NCBI GenBank assembly: GCA_046344715.1
Contig: JBKDKX010000016.1
Location: 74,202-138,201 of the forward strand
Source: Alphaproteobacteria bacterium
Lineage (GTDB): Bacteria > Pseudomonadota > Alphaproteobacteria > Rickettsiales > SXRF01
Direction of reading: 5' to 3'
Length of the DNA: 64,000 nt
A model generated the notes under the pieces. That model ran no database searches, was not told the DNA's origin, and saw only the letters and a list, made by a program, of their open reading frames with translations. A program made the position numbers and the translations under genes. Position 1 is the stretch's first letter. Each line of letters starts with the position of its first letter. Below, in pieces: positions 33,501 to 42,551 of this stretch.

Positions 33501-36024
33501 AAGTGATGCGACTGACCGCTTTATGTTTTTTACCGGTACGGGTAATACGGTGGTGAATGGTGTTGTTGCTAACGGTGGAGGTTCAGCAAGTAGTGGCATT
33601 GGCTTGGTAAGTTCCGGCTCCCTGACCCTGAATGGAAATAATACCTATGGTGGCAATTTCTATCACGATGGTGGCACACTCATATTAGGCCATGACAACG
33701 CGCTGGGTACGGCCAATTTCCTGGCCTATGGCGGTACTATTCAGGGTACGGGTGGTACGCGCACCATAGCCAATAACATATCTTACTGGGATGATACAAC
33801 GTTTGCCGGTAGCGTAGCACTGGTATTCAACGGTGATTTTTATAATACAAACAACCTGAGTGTTACGAATAACAACACAGCTACCACGACATTCTCCAAT
33901 ATCGATCTTGCATATGACGCCACTAACTTTACGCTGACCTTCGGTGGTACGGGTAACACGGTAGTAGGCGGTGTAATTAGCAATGGTGGTGGTGGTTCAA
34001 CAACCAGTGCCATAACCAAAACTGGTTCTGGTACATTAACACTAGATGGTAACAACACTTATGGCGGCACCACAACACTGACCGCAGGTACGATTGAAGT
34101 AGGTCATAATAATGCACTGGGTACGGGCACGCTTTCGCTGAACGGAGGCACGTTACGTGGTGACGGTACGGCACGCACATTGGCGAATAATATTACATTA
34201 GATGAAAACAGCACCATCGCTGGCAGTTCTGCGCTCCAATTTGACGGTACGTTTGGGAATTTATCCGCTGATAGAACCATTACGGTTAACAACAGTGCCA
34301 CCACAACATTTGATGATATTAATATATCCAGCAGCGCAACTAATCGCACACTTACAATCGCTGGTACGGGTAACACCGTAATAAGCGGCGTGATCGCTAA
34401 CGGCAGTACATCAACAGCCAGCGGCATTACAAAATCTGGTGCGGGTATCCTGACGCTTTCCGGCAATAATACCTATGCGGGCGATACAAACATCAACGGC
34501 GGCACGCTGCGTCTTGGTGCAGCAAACCGTCTGGCCAACACTACCGATGTGGTAATTGGTGCATCTGGTACGTTTGATTTGAATGGTTATAGCGAAACCG
34601 TGGCGAGCATCACCAACGGTGGCGCAATCACCATGGGTACAGGCAACACACTCACCACCACCGGCGCACAGACGCACACTGGCAGCATCAGCGGCACGGA
34701 TATCTCCATCATTGCCAATACCGGCAACCTGACTTTTGATACGGTTTCTACTAATACACTCTTTGCACAGGCTGTTGCCGGTGACATTATCCTGAATGAC
34801 CAGATAACGGCTGCTGCCAATGCTGGCACATCCATCACGCTGGTGGCTGACGACCAGTTTATCAATAACCATGGCGCAACGGCTCTGCAAACTGCAGGCA
34901 CAGCACGTTGGTTAGTATATTCTGATGATTCTGCGAACAATACGCGCGGCAGCCTGACAGGTTTCAACCGTTATGGCTGTACTTACAATGCTGGTTCACC
35001 GGATTGTGCGGTGGGTACGTCTACGCCTGCCACGGGCAATGGGTTTTATTTCAACTTCGCACCAACCTTGACTATTTCAGGACTCAGCGCAGCCAACAAA
35101 GTATATGATGGTAATACGACTGCCACCATCACCGGCACGGCAACACTCAATGGCATAATTAATAGTGATACGGTAACGCTGGATGCCAGCGGAGCCACTG
35201 CAACGTTTGATAACCGCAACGTAGGCAACGGAAAAACCGTGACATTCTCTGGTTATGGTTTTGCAACTAATCTGGGTTATTTGCTGACACAGCCTTCAAC
35301 CGTGGTGGCAAATATCATGGCCAAGGCGCTGACCATCGCTGGACTTGCTGCCGCTAACAAAGTGTATGATGGCACAACGGCGGCGGCACTTTCCGGCACG
35401 GGATCGCTCGTTGGCGTCGTCGGTGGTGATACGGTAGGTTTCACTATGGGTACGGCAACCTTTGATACGCCAAATGTCGGCACTAACAAAACAGTTACCG
35501 GTTCTGGTTTTGGCCTGAGTGGTGCGGATTTAGGCAATTACTTGCTGACTCAGCCAAGCTGGTTTGCAGATATTACTTCTGGATCAGTGGTTGCAAATTC
35601 TAACCAGAACACTATCAATGCCATTGTATCACAGCTTGGATTACTCATTGAAATTGCCAGCGCAGTAACTAGTGTAAGTAGTACGGCTAACATCTTTGAG
35701 TATGCGCCAGGCATTCCAGAGCCTTCACGTATGGATATTTCTGCTGTGGAAGAGGCACCGCAGCAAAAAACATCACAAGATAAGCCAGTGGCAGCCAAAA
35801 AGAAGGATGAAGCATGGATTGAAATCAATGCCTTGATCGATTTTGGTGGTTTGTTGAAAGGTGCTGCCACAGAAATGCAGGCAGCCCCGCCTTCCGATGA
35901 GGCTGTTGCACCAACAAAACCTGCTGTAAAACATTCCGATGAACGCAATCAATGCGGCGGACTAATGGGCAGCGCCGTCTGCGCCTCTAAAATTTTCTCA
36001 ACCATCGGTGTGCCGAATATTTAA
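30583..36024 (+). CDS. two-partner-secretion exoprotein (TpsA): filamentous-haemagglutinin N-terminal TPS domain, autotransporter-associated beta-strand (PATR) repeats and two YDG domains
   Basis: TTG start and signal peptide. TPS domain LPTGGTVVGGDASI...NQTTQRALINW..F.IG...V.F.QP...SITLNRV......ING.L.SNGQVWIVNQNGVMFG. Repeated GSGTLTLDGNNTYGGTTTLTAGT modules at 32365-34560. ANKVYDG(N/T)T YDG domains at about 35066-35580. Confidence 0.85.
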   Translation: MKLYATTQKQCLNLARRLIAWLVCCALVVQPTLVYALPTGGTVVGGDASIVAGDSSLTVNQTTQRALINWTGFDIGGAESVQFNQPGASSITLNRVNSASASQINGSLSSNGQVWIVNQNGVMFGQGAQVNVGGLLATTANISDSNFMNGNYVFDVAGNHAASIVNDGSITVADAGFAALVAPVVRNNGVIQAKLGTVNLSSGDTFAVDLYGDGLINLEASAALQQQLISNSGLIEANGGSVFLTAAAAGDMVDSLINMDGIIRANSIGEKNGSIVLYAEGSNAVAGNVAADKGQKQGISTVLVSGTIEAKGNAAGEHGGNVDVLGDHVGLMSGASLDASGMNGGGKIRIGGDYFGGGDTPTALKTLVQRNTTIKANAIESGDGGRITLWSDDTTWFGGAIEAKGGAFSGNGGFVEVSGKEYLTFRGTVDTRAENGATGLLLLDPADIVIADGTADSAADGSNTFSGDPSGTVGTILSGDTGPATIYESELEGIAASTNISLASTNSITINNLTDNNLNLAQTGGNSVTFTTGAGGFNMNSGDAITTAGGAINIVTTGGTSTIGSLAAGGGLITLNMGGTITVSGVISGTGTGLTKTGSGTLALNNANTYDGTTTLTAGTIAVGNNSALGTGTLSLNGGTLQGDGTARTLANNITLSANSTIGGSSALQFDGTFGNLSGNRTLTVSNSANTTFDDINISSSATDRELFIDGAGNMIVNGVIANGGGSSGSVLTHLGSGMLALNGANTFGRYSQFNNGITQIGNDSALGSGSVWLAGGTWRGDGTTRTISNNLSLFDSITIAGSSDLVFNGNLNSGDLSITNNNSGLTTFANINLSDGATDRTLTITGTGNTVISGVIANGSTSTASGITKAGSGTLTLDGSNTYGGITTLTAGTIEVGHNNALGTGALSLNGGTLRGDGTARTLTNNVTLAADSTIGGSSALQFDGTLGNITGTRYLDVSNSATTTFGNINVSSDATDRFMFFTGTGNTVVNGVVANGGGSASSGIGLVSSGSLTLNGNNTYGGNFYHDGGTLILGHDNALGTANFLAYGGTIQGTGGTRTIANNISYWDDTTFAGSVALVFNGDFYNTNNLSVTNNNTATTTFSNIDLAYDATNFTLTFGGTGNTVVGGVISNGGGGSTTSAITKTGSGTLTLDGNNTYGGTTTLTAGTIEVGHNNALGTGTLSLNGGTLRGDGTARTLANNITLDENSTIAGSSALQFDGTFGNLSADRTITVNNSATTTFDDINISSSATNRTLTIAGTGNTVISGVIANGSTSTASGITKSGAGILTLSGNNTYAGDTNINGGTLRLGAANRLANTTDVVIGASGTFDLNGYSETVASITNGGAITMGTGNTLTTTGAQTHTGSISGTDISIIANTGNLTFDTVSTNTLFAQAVAGDIILNDQITAAANAGTSITLVADDQFINNHGATALQTAGTARWLVYSDDSANNTRGSLTGFNRYGCTYNAGSPDCAVGTSTPATGNGFYFNFAPTLTISGLSAANKVYDGNTTATITGTATLNGIINSDTVTLDASGATATFDNRNVGNGKTVTFSGYGFATNLGYLLTQPSTVVANIMAKALTIAGLAAANKVYDGTTAAALSGTGSLVGVVGGDTVGFTMGTATFDTPNVGTNKTVTGSGFGLSGADLGNYLLTQPSWFADITSGSVVANSNQNTINAIVSQLGLLIEIASAVTSVSSTANIFEYAPGIPEPSRMDISAVEEAPQQKTSQDKPVAAKKKDEAWIEINALIDFGGLLKGAATEMQAAPPSDEAVAPTKPAVKHSDERNQCGGLMGSAVCASKIFSTIGVPNI

Positions 36025-36279
36025 GTTCAGCATACAGTGGTTATATTTTACATAAAAAATTAAAATAGCGAATCCGAGGTTTCACGCAAATCTGCGATAT
36101 CCAGTGTGGTAAACTGATTATCGAGTAAATTTCTATACAGCTTATCAAGCCTGACAGGCGTGTCTATAACCCTGCCTTCCATACCAGGAATTTTAATGGC
36201 TATAAAAATTGCCCGCCAATCCTGATTATAGTTAGTGGTGGTGTAGTCTTTAGAAAAACTGTAATTGTGAAGGCCAACC

Positions 36280-37944
36280 TCATTTGGTTTTTAGAATGTA
36301 TTTTGTTGTTTTACGTTTGCGGAGACGTTCTTCATACGCTTTGCGCTTGGTTGCTGCGCTATGAAGTATAGCGGAAGCATCCGCCAGTAAGTAGTCATAT
36401 GCATTTGTTTGGAAACCAAATATTGCTTTTATGCGCCTGAAGCTCCATATATCTCCCGCTGTCACTTCACGTAATAGGCGATAATACTCAGCCAGTTCGG
36501 GGTTCATATGCCTGGTATCTCCGGTAGCGCGTGCTTTGACGTATCCAGCAGGGACTTCACGCCGGTAGTGTCCCGCGCGCCAGTATTTTTCTGATTTTAT
36601 GATAGGCAAGCGTGCAAGGAAAGGGTCGGCCAGTGCAAACGTGTCAATGATAATCCTTTGTCTCCTAGAATAAAAGCCATACATGCCAATATTGCGCTGT
36701 ACAATAACACCACGCTTCTTTTTATGTTTCTCTACCTTGTCTATCCATGTGTGAACTGGAGTGGTTGTAAAGTTTGGAAGAAAATGATGCTGCACTGTGG
36801 TTTCATGTTTGTAATAATCACGCTCTCTGAATACCACGTTTCGATAGTCAGTAATGTCTGAATTTCTATAAGGTACGATGTTTGAAAGGAATACTGTCTG
36901 GACAAAGGTTATACTGAGCAGAGCAACCAGAAATATTGTATGACAATGTTTATCAAATTTAGCAAACAGATGAAATAGAACGATTATACAGATCAATATG
37001 ATATTCATCATGAAGCGGCCAGACATCATGTCTCCGCCTATCCATATTACATAAGCAATATGGATCACACATCCTGTTAACAACAAGGCTATAGCCGTTT
37101 CCTCAGCATTACGTATTATGCGCAGTCGCTTTTTATAAAAAAAATAAATTGATAAAGAAAATGCCAAGAGAATTATTAATGCTGCTGCCGTGTCATAATA
37201 CAGGAAATTTTCCATATACCTGATTCCCTGAGGCAATAAATCCTGAGGGGTAAGGCCGGTGTTCAGCTTGGCATATTTTGTATTAGGGAACAAAAACCCG
37301 TAATATATCAGGCTGAATACATACCACAAAATAACTGGAATTTGTGTGATGATAAGAAATAATAAACTTAACTGCTTTTTGTATGTAAAGACTAGCCACA
37401 TTAAAACAGGAGCAATCACAAAAATATTATCAAGGCGCGTAAGAAGCAGTAGCCCTGCAATAACGCACAGAAGATAAATTTTCTTCTGATCAATTTTAGA
37501 GAATAAAATATATAAAAATCCGCTGAGGAGTAGAAAATTAAGGCAATTTTCCATACCACTGATCATAAAATCACGTATTGTTACGCTGCATATTAAGGGC
37601 AGCATAATTAGCAATAAAATGGATAATTTATCAGTGCTGAATCTCCATAATATAACCAAGCTAGCTGCAGAGCATATTGTACAGGCTATAAGAGCGGTTA
37701 GTACGGCATCTTTGGTAACCGCATAAATAGGCGTTAGCAGTATCATCCAAAGTGGATGGGTATAAACTTGGACTCTTTCATCAATATTCCATCGCAGACC
37801 GTATCCATTGATAAAATTATCAATAACCCTGAAGGTAATAAACGCATCTTCAGCCATCCAACCGTTTAGAAAGAAAAACGTTATCATAAGGAATGATGCG
37901 ATGAAGGCGTCGGTAGTGGAAATAGGTATGGTTTGTTTTGTCAT
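36280..37944 (-). CDS. polytopic membrane protein, possibly a GT-C-type glycosyltransferase (554 aa)
   Basis: At least 10 predicted TM helices. The N-terminal loop motif AEDAFITFRVIDN resembles the DDAxISFRY motif of GT-C arabinosyl/mannosyl-transferase-like proteins. Markedly AT-rich. Family call is tentative. Confidence 0.5.
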   Translation of the reverse strand: MTKQTIPISTTDAFIASFLMITFFFLNGWMAEDAFITFRVIDNFINGYGLRWNIDERVQVYTHPLWMILLTPIYAVTKDAVLTALIACTICSAASLVILWRFSTDKLSILLLIMLPLICSVTIRDFMISGMENCLNFLLLSGFLYILFSKIDQKKIYLLCVIAGLLLLTRLDNIFVIAPVLMWLVFTYKKQLSLLFLIITQIPVILWYVFSLIYYGFLFPNTKYAKLNTGLTPQDLLPQGIRYMENFLYYDTAAALIILLAFSLSIYFFYKKRLRIIRNAEETAIALLLTGCVIHIAYVIWIGGDMMSGRFMMNIILICIIVLFHLFAKFDKHCHTIFLVALLSITFVQTVFLSNIVPYRNSDITDYRNVVFRERDYYKHETTVQHHFLPNFTTTPVHTWIDKVEKHKKKRGVIVQRNIGMYGFYSRRQRIIIDTFALADPFLARLPIIKSEKYWRAGHYRREVPAGYVKARATGDTRHMNPELAEYYRLLREVTAGDIWSFRRIKAIFGFQTNAYDYLLADASAILHSAATKRKAYEERLRKRKTTKYILKTK

Positions 37945-37998
37945 AGCCTAATATTATTTGCTCATCACTACCATTAACATATACAGAGAGTCATAATC

Positions 37999-38715
37999 TC
38001 AGCGGAAGAAGCTGTTTAGGCCCTTTGCCGCATCATCCAATACACCTTTAGCATCACCAAGTCCTGGCACACCGTTGAACAGCCCATTCTGCCGCGCGGC
38101 GCTTTCCACTGAGCCAAGATATTTCGTTACCACCTGCTCAATAGCCTTGCCCGCATCCACACCTTTGTCACCCCCGATGTTGGAAAACTTCAGGGCAGGG
38201 AGCTGGATAGATTGAATATCCTTATCCAGCATGGCGATACTGGTGTTGATGGTGGAGGCATCAATCACCAGATGTTTGATGATGACGCGTATCTGCTCGC
38301 TGCCGACGCTTTCTTTTTGCTCTTTTTTATTGGCGAGCGCTTTGAGGTCAGTGAGATTCATGCCTTTTTCGTTTATTTCCACATTCACCACCGAGCCTTT
38401 CACCTGAATATCATTGAAATCGATGATTTCTTTGCTGGCGGTATTGAGGCCGATATGGATGCTCTCGGCAGTGAGCGCATGTGGCTTGCGATACCCCGAA
38501 GGGTTGCCAACCTTTATGGAATGAACAGTAACTTTCTTATCATACAGCGACACATCAATGCTGCCGATGGCAACCTTCACGCCCAGCGCATCGCTGGCGA
38601 TTTTCTCGGTGGTGCGGGTGATAAAGCTGCCGAGGTTCATATATACATATGCACCGGCAGCAACCAATACAGCGAGGATGATAAGTTTTTTTGAGGGGTT
38701 CTTTTTGGCGGGCAT
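37999..38715 (-). CDS. hypothetical membrane-anchored protein (238 aa)
   Basis: N-terminal TM LIILAVLVAAGAYVYM. The rest looks beta-rich. No firm family assignment. Confidence 0.55.
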   Translation of the reverse strand: MPAKKNPSKKLIILAVLVAAGAYVYMNLGSFITRTTEKIASDALGVKVAIGSIDVSLYDKKVTVHSIKVGNPSGYRKPHALTAESIHIGLNTASKEIIDFNDIQVKGSVVNVEINEKGMNLTDLKALANKKEQKESVGSEQIRVIIKHLVIDASTINTSIAMLDKDIQSIQLPALKFSNIGGDKGVDAGKAIEQVVTKYLGSVESAARQNGLFNGVPGLGDAKGVLDDAAKGLNSFFR

Positions 38716-38865
38716 GGAGGAGTCCTTAGGGTTTATATGTAGACAATCACCCTTGTAGCACTACTGGAAATAGATGGAATAGATTTTGAGAATGGTCAGA
38801 GTGTAAAATAAAGAAGCCCTCAATCAAGAGGGCTTCTGTTCTTAGTCTCTGATTATTCTAAATTA

Positions 38866-39555
38866 TCACATTAGCAAATCCTTGAGTGCGATTCTAATAC
38901 CGCTTGCGATTTTCTTTTTAATCGCACCTTCAATGATTTTTATATCTTGAGCGGTATAATTATTGGGGTTTTCCTGCCAGCGAACTTTCTCAGAAGCGCA
39001 AGGACCTTGTAGTAGATCAAACCCCCACTGCCAGCCAAGTGACTTGGCTGTTTTTGTATCAACTGCTCTAACTATAAAACTTGCATAAGGGCAATTATAC
39101 ACTTCCATCAGATACTGCGTACGGTTAAATATACCATATCCCTCCTCCATAAGGTGCATATTTCCGTATCTGGAAGGTTCTAGTACCACCAGCGTATCAT
39201 ATCCACTCGCATGTGCAATTTTTGCTGCATCAATCGGGTTAAATGAATGTAATTTTTTATTAAAAACGCTGGCAGATTGCCCAATGCCCATTTCTTTGAG
39301 GGCATTGATGGTCTCTTGTTCCGAAAATCCTTTAATATCCCATTGCGCTACAGGCACCTTGTTATACTCATTAAAGAACACAGTAGTGGCAATCAGAGTA
39401 TGATTCATCTCTGTTCCGAAACCTGAATATACAGCAACATTTCGTATATTTTTACGAGCATCACTCGAAACAGAGCCACGAATGCCTAGTTCTGCACAGC
39501 CTGTAGTAAGCATAGCTACTGTGATGATAATAATTGAATGCAAAATTTTTTTCAT
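38866..39555 (-). CDS. hypothetical lipoprotein (229 aa)
   Basis: Start trimmed to MKKILHSIIIITVAMLTTGC (lipobox). No recognisable domain. Confidence 0.55.
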   Translation of the reverse strand: MKKILHSIIIITVAMLTTGCAELGIRGSVSSDARKNIRNVAVYSGFGTEMNHTLIATTVFFNEYNKVPVAQWDIKGFSEQETINALKEMGIGQSASVFNKKLHSFNPIDAAKIAHASGYDTLVVLEPSRYGNMHLMEEGYGIFNRTQYLMEVYNCPYASFIVRAVDTKTAKSLGWQWGFDLLQGPCASEKVRWQENPNNYTAQDIKIIEGAIKKKIASGIRIALKDLLM

Positions 39556-39585
39556 GACGATTTGCTCTAAAACTAACATTTGTAA

Positions 39586-39662
<77 letters not shown>

Positions 39663-39765
39663 ACACTGGGATTATAGTTGGCTGTTGCCAGTTTATGGTT
39701 GCCGTACTATAGAGGAAAGCTTTATTATACTGGCAACACGCAACTGGCAACTAGAAACTAAAAAT

Positions 39766-40638
39766 ATGTTCAAAGGCATCTATACCGCGCTTATAACCCC
39801 GTTTTCTAACGGAAAAATTGATGAAAAAGCCTTCCAGTCCTTCGTGGAGTGGCAGATTGCCGAGGGCGTGCATGGGCTTGTGCCCTGTGGCACCACTGGC
39901 GAATCGCCTACCTTGTCGCATGATGAGCATAACCGTGTGGTGGCCATGTGTATCGAAGTGGCAAAGGGCAGGGTACCGGTAATGGCCGGAACTGGCTCTA
40001 ACTCTACCGAAGAAGCCATCATGATGACCCAGCACGCCAAAAAAGCGGGGGCGAATGGGGCTTTGGTGGTCGCGCCATATTATAACAAGCCGACACAGGA
40101 AGGCATATACCAGCATTACAAGGCCATCCATGATGCTGTGGAGATTCCTATTGTTATTTACAATATTCCTGGCCGCAGCGTGATTAACATCACCGATGAC
40201 ACGCTGGCGCGGCTTTCTGCCTTGCCAAATATCGTGGGCGTCAAGGATGCCACGGGCGATCTGGCGCGGCCATATACGCTGCGCGCACTCCAGAAGAAAA
40301 AACTGGCACTGCTTTCCGGCGAGGATATGACGGCGGTGGCCTTCAATGCCTCCGGCGGGCAGGGCTGTATTTCGGTGACCTCTAATATTATGCCCAAGCG
40401 CTGCGCTGAAGTGCAGGAAGCCTGCCTTGCGGGTGATTATACAAAAGCGCTTGCGCTGCATGACACGCTGGTTGCTCTGCATAACGTGATGTTTTGTGAG
40501 ACCAGCCCAGCGCCGGTGAAGTTTGCGGCATCGCTTTTGGGCAAATGTAAACCCGACGTAAGATTGCCATTGGTGCAGGCGAGTGAAAGTGGTAAACAAC
40601 AGATCACTCAAGTATTAAAAAATTTACACTTGCTCTAG
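39766..40638 (+). CDS. dapA: 4-hydroxy-tetrahydrodipicolinate synthase
   Basis: [13 protein letters not shown] start and [14 protein letters not shown] motif. Active-site Lys context VGVKDATGD. Start trimmed from the track ORF. Confidence 0.93.
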   Translation: MFKGIYTALITPFSNGKIDEKAFQSFVEWQIAEGVHGLVPCGTTGESPTLSHDEHNRVVAMCIEVAKGRVPVMAGTGSNSTEEAIMMTQHAKKAGANGALVVAPYYNKPTQEGIYQHYKAIHDAVEIPIVIYNIPGRSVINITDDTLARLSALPNIVGVKDATGDLARPYTLRALQKKKLALLSGEDMTAVAFNASGGQGCISVTSNIMPKRCAEVQEACLAGDYTKALALHDTLVALHNVMFCETSPAPVKFAASLLGKCKPDVRLPLVQASESGKQQITQVLKNLHLL

Positions 40639-40677
40639 TAACTTTTTTCATCTTTATTAGCAACTCATGAAGATTTT

Positions 40678-41154
40678 ATGACCGGAAAAAAAGAATCAAC
40701 CGGAAGTAATGTGGCGTTTAACCGCAAGGCGCGCCATGAATACGCTATTGAAGAGGAGTTTGAAGCAGGCATAGTATTAACGGGGACAGAAGTTAAATCG
40801 TTGCGCGCAGGCAAGGTTAATATTAACGATGCTTACGCAGGAACAAAAGAAGATGCCATCTGGCTATTTAACGTTCACATCAGCGAATATGAAGGCGGTA
40901 ATCGCTTTAACCACGAACCCAAGCGCCCAAGGAAATTATTACTGCACAAGAAGCAGATAAATAAAATCATTGGGCGGCTGAAGGTGAAGGGGGTGACTTT
41001 GGTTCCTCTGGCACTATATTTTAATAGTCGGGGTTTAGCCAAAATTAAACTGGGGCTGGGCACCGGCAAGAAATCGTATGAAAAACGGGAAACGATCAAA
41101 AAACGCGACTGGCAGCGTGACAAATCCCGAATCATGCGCAGTAAGAACGGGTAA
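40678..41154 (+). CDS. smpB: SsrA-binding protein
   Basis: NRKARHEYAIEEEFEAGIVLTGTEVKSLR motif; 158 aa. Confidence 0.93.
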   Translation: MTGKKESTGSNVAFNRKARHEYAIEEEFEAGIVLTGTEVKSLRAGKVNINDAYAGTKEDAIWLFNVHISEYEGGNRFNHEPKRPRKLLLHKKQINKIIGRLKVKGVTLVPLALYFNSRGLAKIKLGLGTGKKSYEKRETIKKRDWQRDKSRIMRSKNG

Positions 41155-41174
41155 CGCAACGGAAGGATATAATT

Positions 41175-42551
41175 ATGTTGGACGCTATTTCCGATTTCTG
41201 GAAACCGGCGAAGAAAAATCAGCCGGCTGACAAACTCAACCCTGCGGAGTTGCAGGTTGGGACGTCGATTGGTTTTGGTTTTGTGCCGCAGGCATCACTC
41301 TCTGGTCGCAGGCTTCAGGTGGTGGGTATTAATACGTACCGTTTTGGTGAAGATGAAGAGCCGCTGACATCTTTTGTATTGTCGCCGGAAAAAGATGTAG
41401 CTTCGCCTGCCAGCATTTCCATGATTGTAGCGGATGACGGTGACCAGCAGTATCTCTGCATTTCGCGCCGTATCAGTATTGGCGACCGCATGAAGATGTT
41501 TGACAGCATTGAGCTGGAAAATGCTATTGATAAAACAGATTTCACCAAGCTGTCTTGCAAAGATGGTAATTCTGATTTCAAAGGCTGGACAGTTGCATCA
41601 TATAATCGCAAGCAGCACGGCATTGTTGGTCAGATTTTCAAGGGTGATTTCCGAAAATCAAAAGTACCAGATAGCAAGGAAGCACAGGAATTTACCTATG
41701 CGCTATTGCTCAGCGATAGCGAAGAAAACGCTATAGAGATTGAAAAATACAAAGATGGCCGTGTGGAAGTGTATGCCTCGGTCTACCGCCTGATTAGCGA
41801 TATTGGTGAAGTGACACAACCTACGCGTACCGATTTACTTTCCCGCCCAGATTTGAAGCTGGCATCCAAGCCTGAAGAAGTAAAGGTAGAAGAAAAGAAG
41901 GAAGAAGTGAAAGCGGCAGCTCCTTTTGTAGCGGCGCCCGTAGTTCCCAAGCAGGAAGAAAAACCTGCAGTAAAAGCTGAAATAACACCCGAAGTGAAGG
42001 CAGAACCGGTTAAATCCGAGCCGGTGAAACTTCAGGAATTCCCGAAAACTCAGGTGGCGCAACCACTTGAAGTTGAAAAGCCTAAGCCGGTTGTGCAGGC
42101 CGCTGCGGCACCAACATCAACTGCACAACCCGCAACACCAAAAAGTCAAGAGGAGAAAAAACCAATGGCTATGAATGAACCGGTAATGAACGGCGCTATG
42201 GGTGATAAAACCCCATCGCTCGTGCGTAATGAATCCGCAAAACAGGAGTCAAAGACTGTGAATAAGATTGTAAACGGCATCGATAATGATGCACTGGAAT
42301 GTGACCTTCGCGTGGCAAACCGTATCATCGATGAAGCGATTCGTAGCGAAATGCGCCTCTCCGATGTAGTTCGCCGCATCATTGAACTGCCGGTTTCCCA
42401 TCAGGAAGCGGTGCAACTGCCAATTACTCTGTCTGATGAAGACTACGCACTGCTTGCGATCCGTTATGGTGTATCACCATCTGATCGCAATGCGATTAAA
42501 ACCCGCATCATCGAAGACCTCGGTAGCTTTTCAGGTAAAAAAGCGGCTTAA
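41175..42551 (+). CDS. hypothetical protein with central K/E/P/V-rich linker (458 aa); the N-terminus is possibly DUF4178-like
   Basis: ORF 20 nt after smpB. Low-complexity segment KPEEVKVEEKKEEVK...PKPVVQAAAAP. Domain guess is weak. Confidence 0.55.
   Translation: MLDAISDFWKPAKKNQPADKLNPAELQVGTSIGFGFVPQASLSGRRLQVVGINTYRFGEDEEPLTSFVLSPEKDVASPASISMIVADDGDQQYLCISRRISIGDRMKMFDSIELENAIDKTDFTKLSCKDGNSDFKGWTVASYNRKQHGIVGQIFKGDFRKSKVPDSKEAQEFTYALLLSDSEENAIEIEKYKDGRVEVYASVYRLISDIGEVTQPTRTDLLSRPDLKLASKPEEVKVEEKKEEVKAAAPFVAAPVVPKQEEKPAVKAEITPEVKAEPVKSEPVKLQEFPKTQVAQPLEVEKPKPVVQAAAAPTSTAQPATPKSQEEKKPMAMNEPVMNGAMGDKTPSLVRNESAKQESKTVNKIVNGIDNDALECDLRVANRIIDEAIRSEMRLSDVVRRIIELPVSHQEAVQLPITLSDEDYALLAIRYGVSPSDRNAIKTRIIEDLGSFSGKKAA

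Noticed and set aside
32365-34560. The periodic repeats considered as a CRISPR array or IS-related tandem repeat
   Set aside because: The repeats are about 414 nt long, imperfect, in frame within one continuous ORF, and encode PATR beta-strand modules. No short repeat-spacer structure occurs anywhere in the window.
30498-35948. A chain of 60-160-aa minus-strand ORFs, plus a few plus-strand off-frame ORFs, covering the whole TpsA gene
   Set aside because: They are antisense or off-frame to a 1813-aa ORF with strong TPS, PATR and YDG motifs. The Gly/Thr/Asn-rich repetitive codons (GGY/ACC/AAY) leave other frames free of stops. The translations are low-complexity P/V/L strings.
39751-40611. 286-aa minus-strand ORF
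   Set aside because: It is fully antisense to dapA, whose translation carries unambiguous DapA motifs. The antisense product is an R/H/G-rich sequence typical of a shadow ORF.
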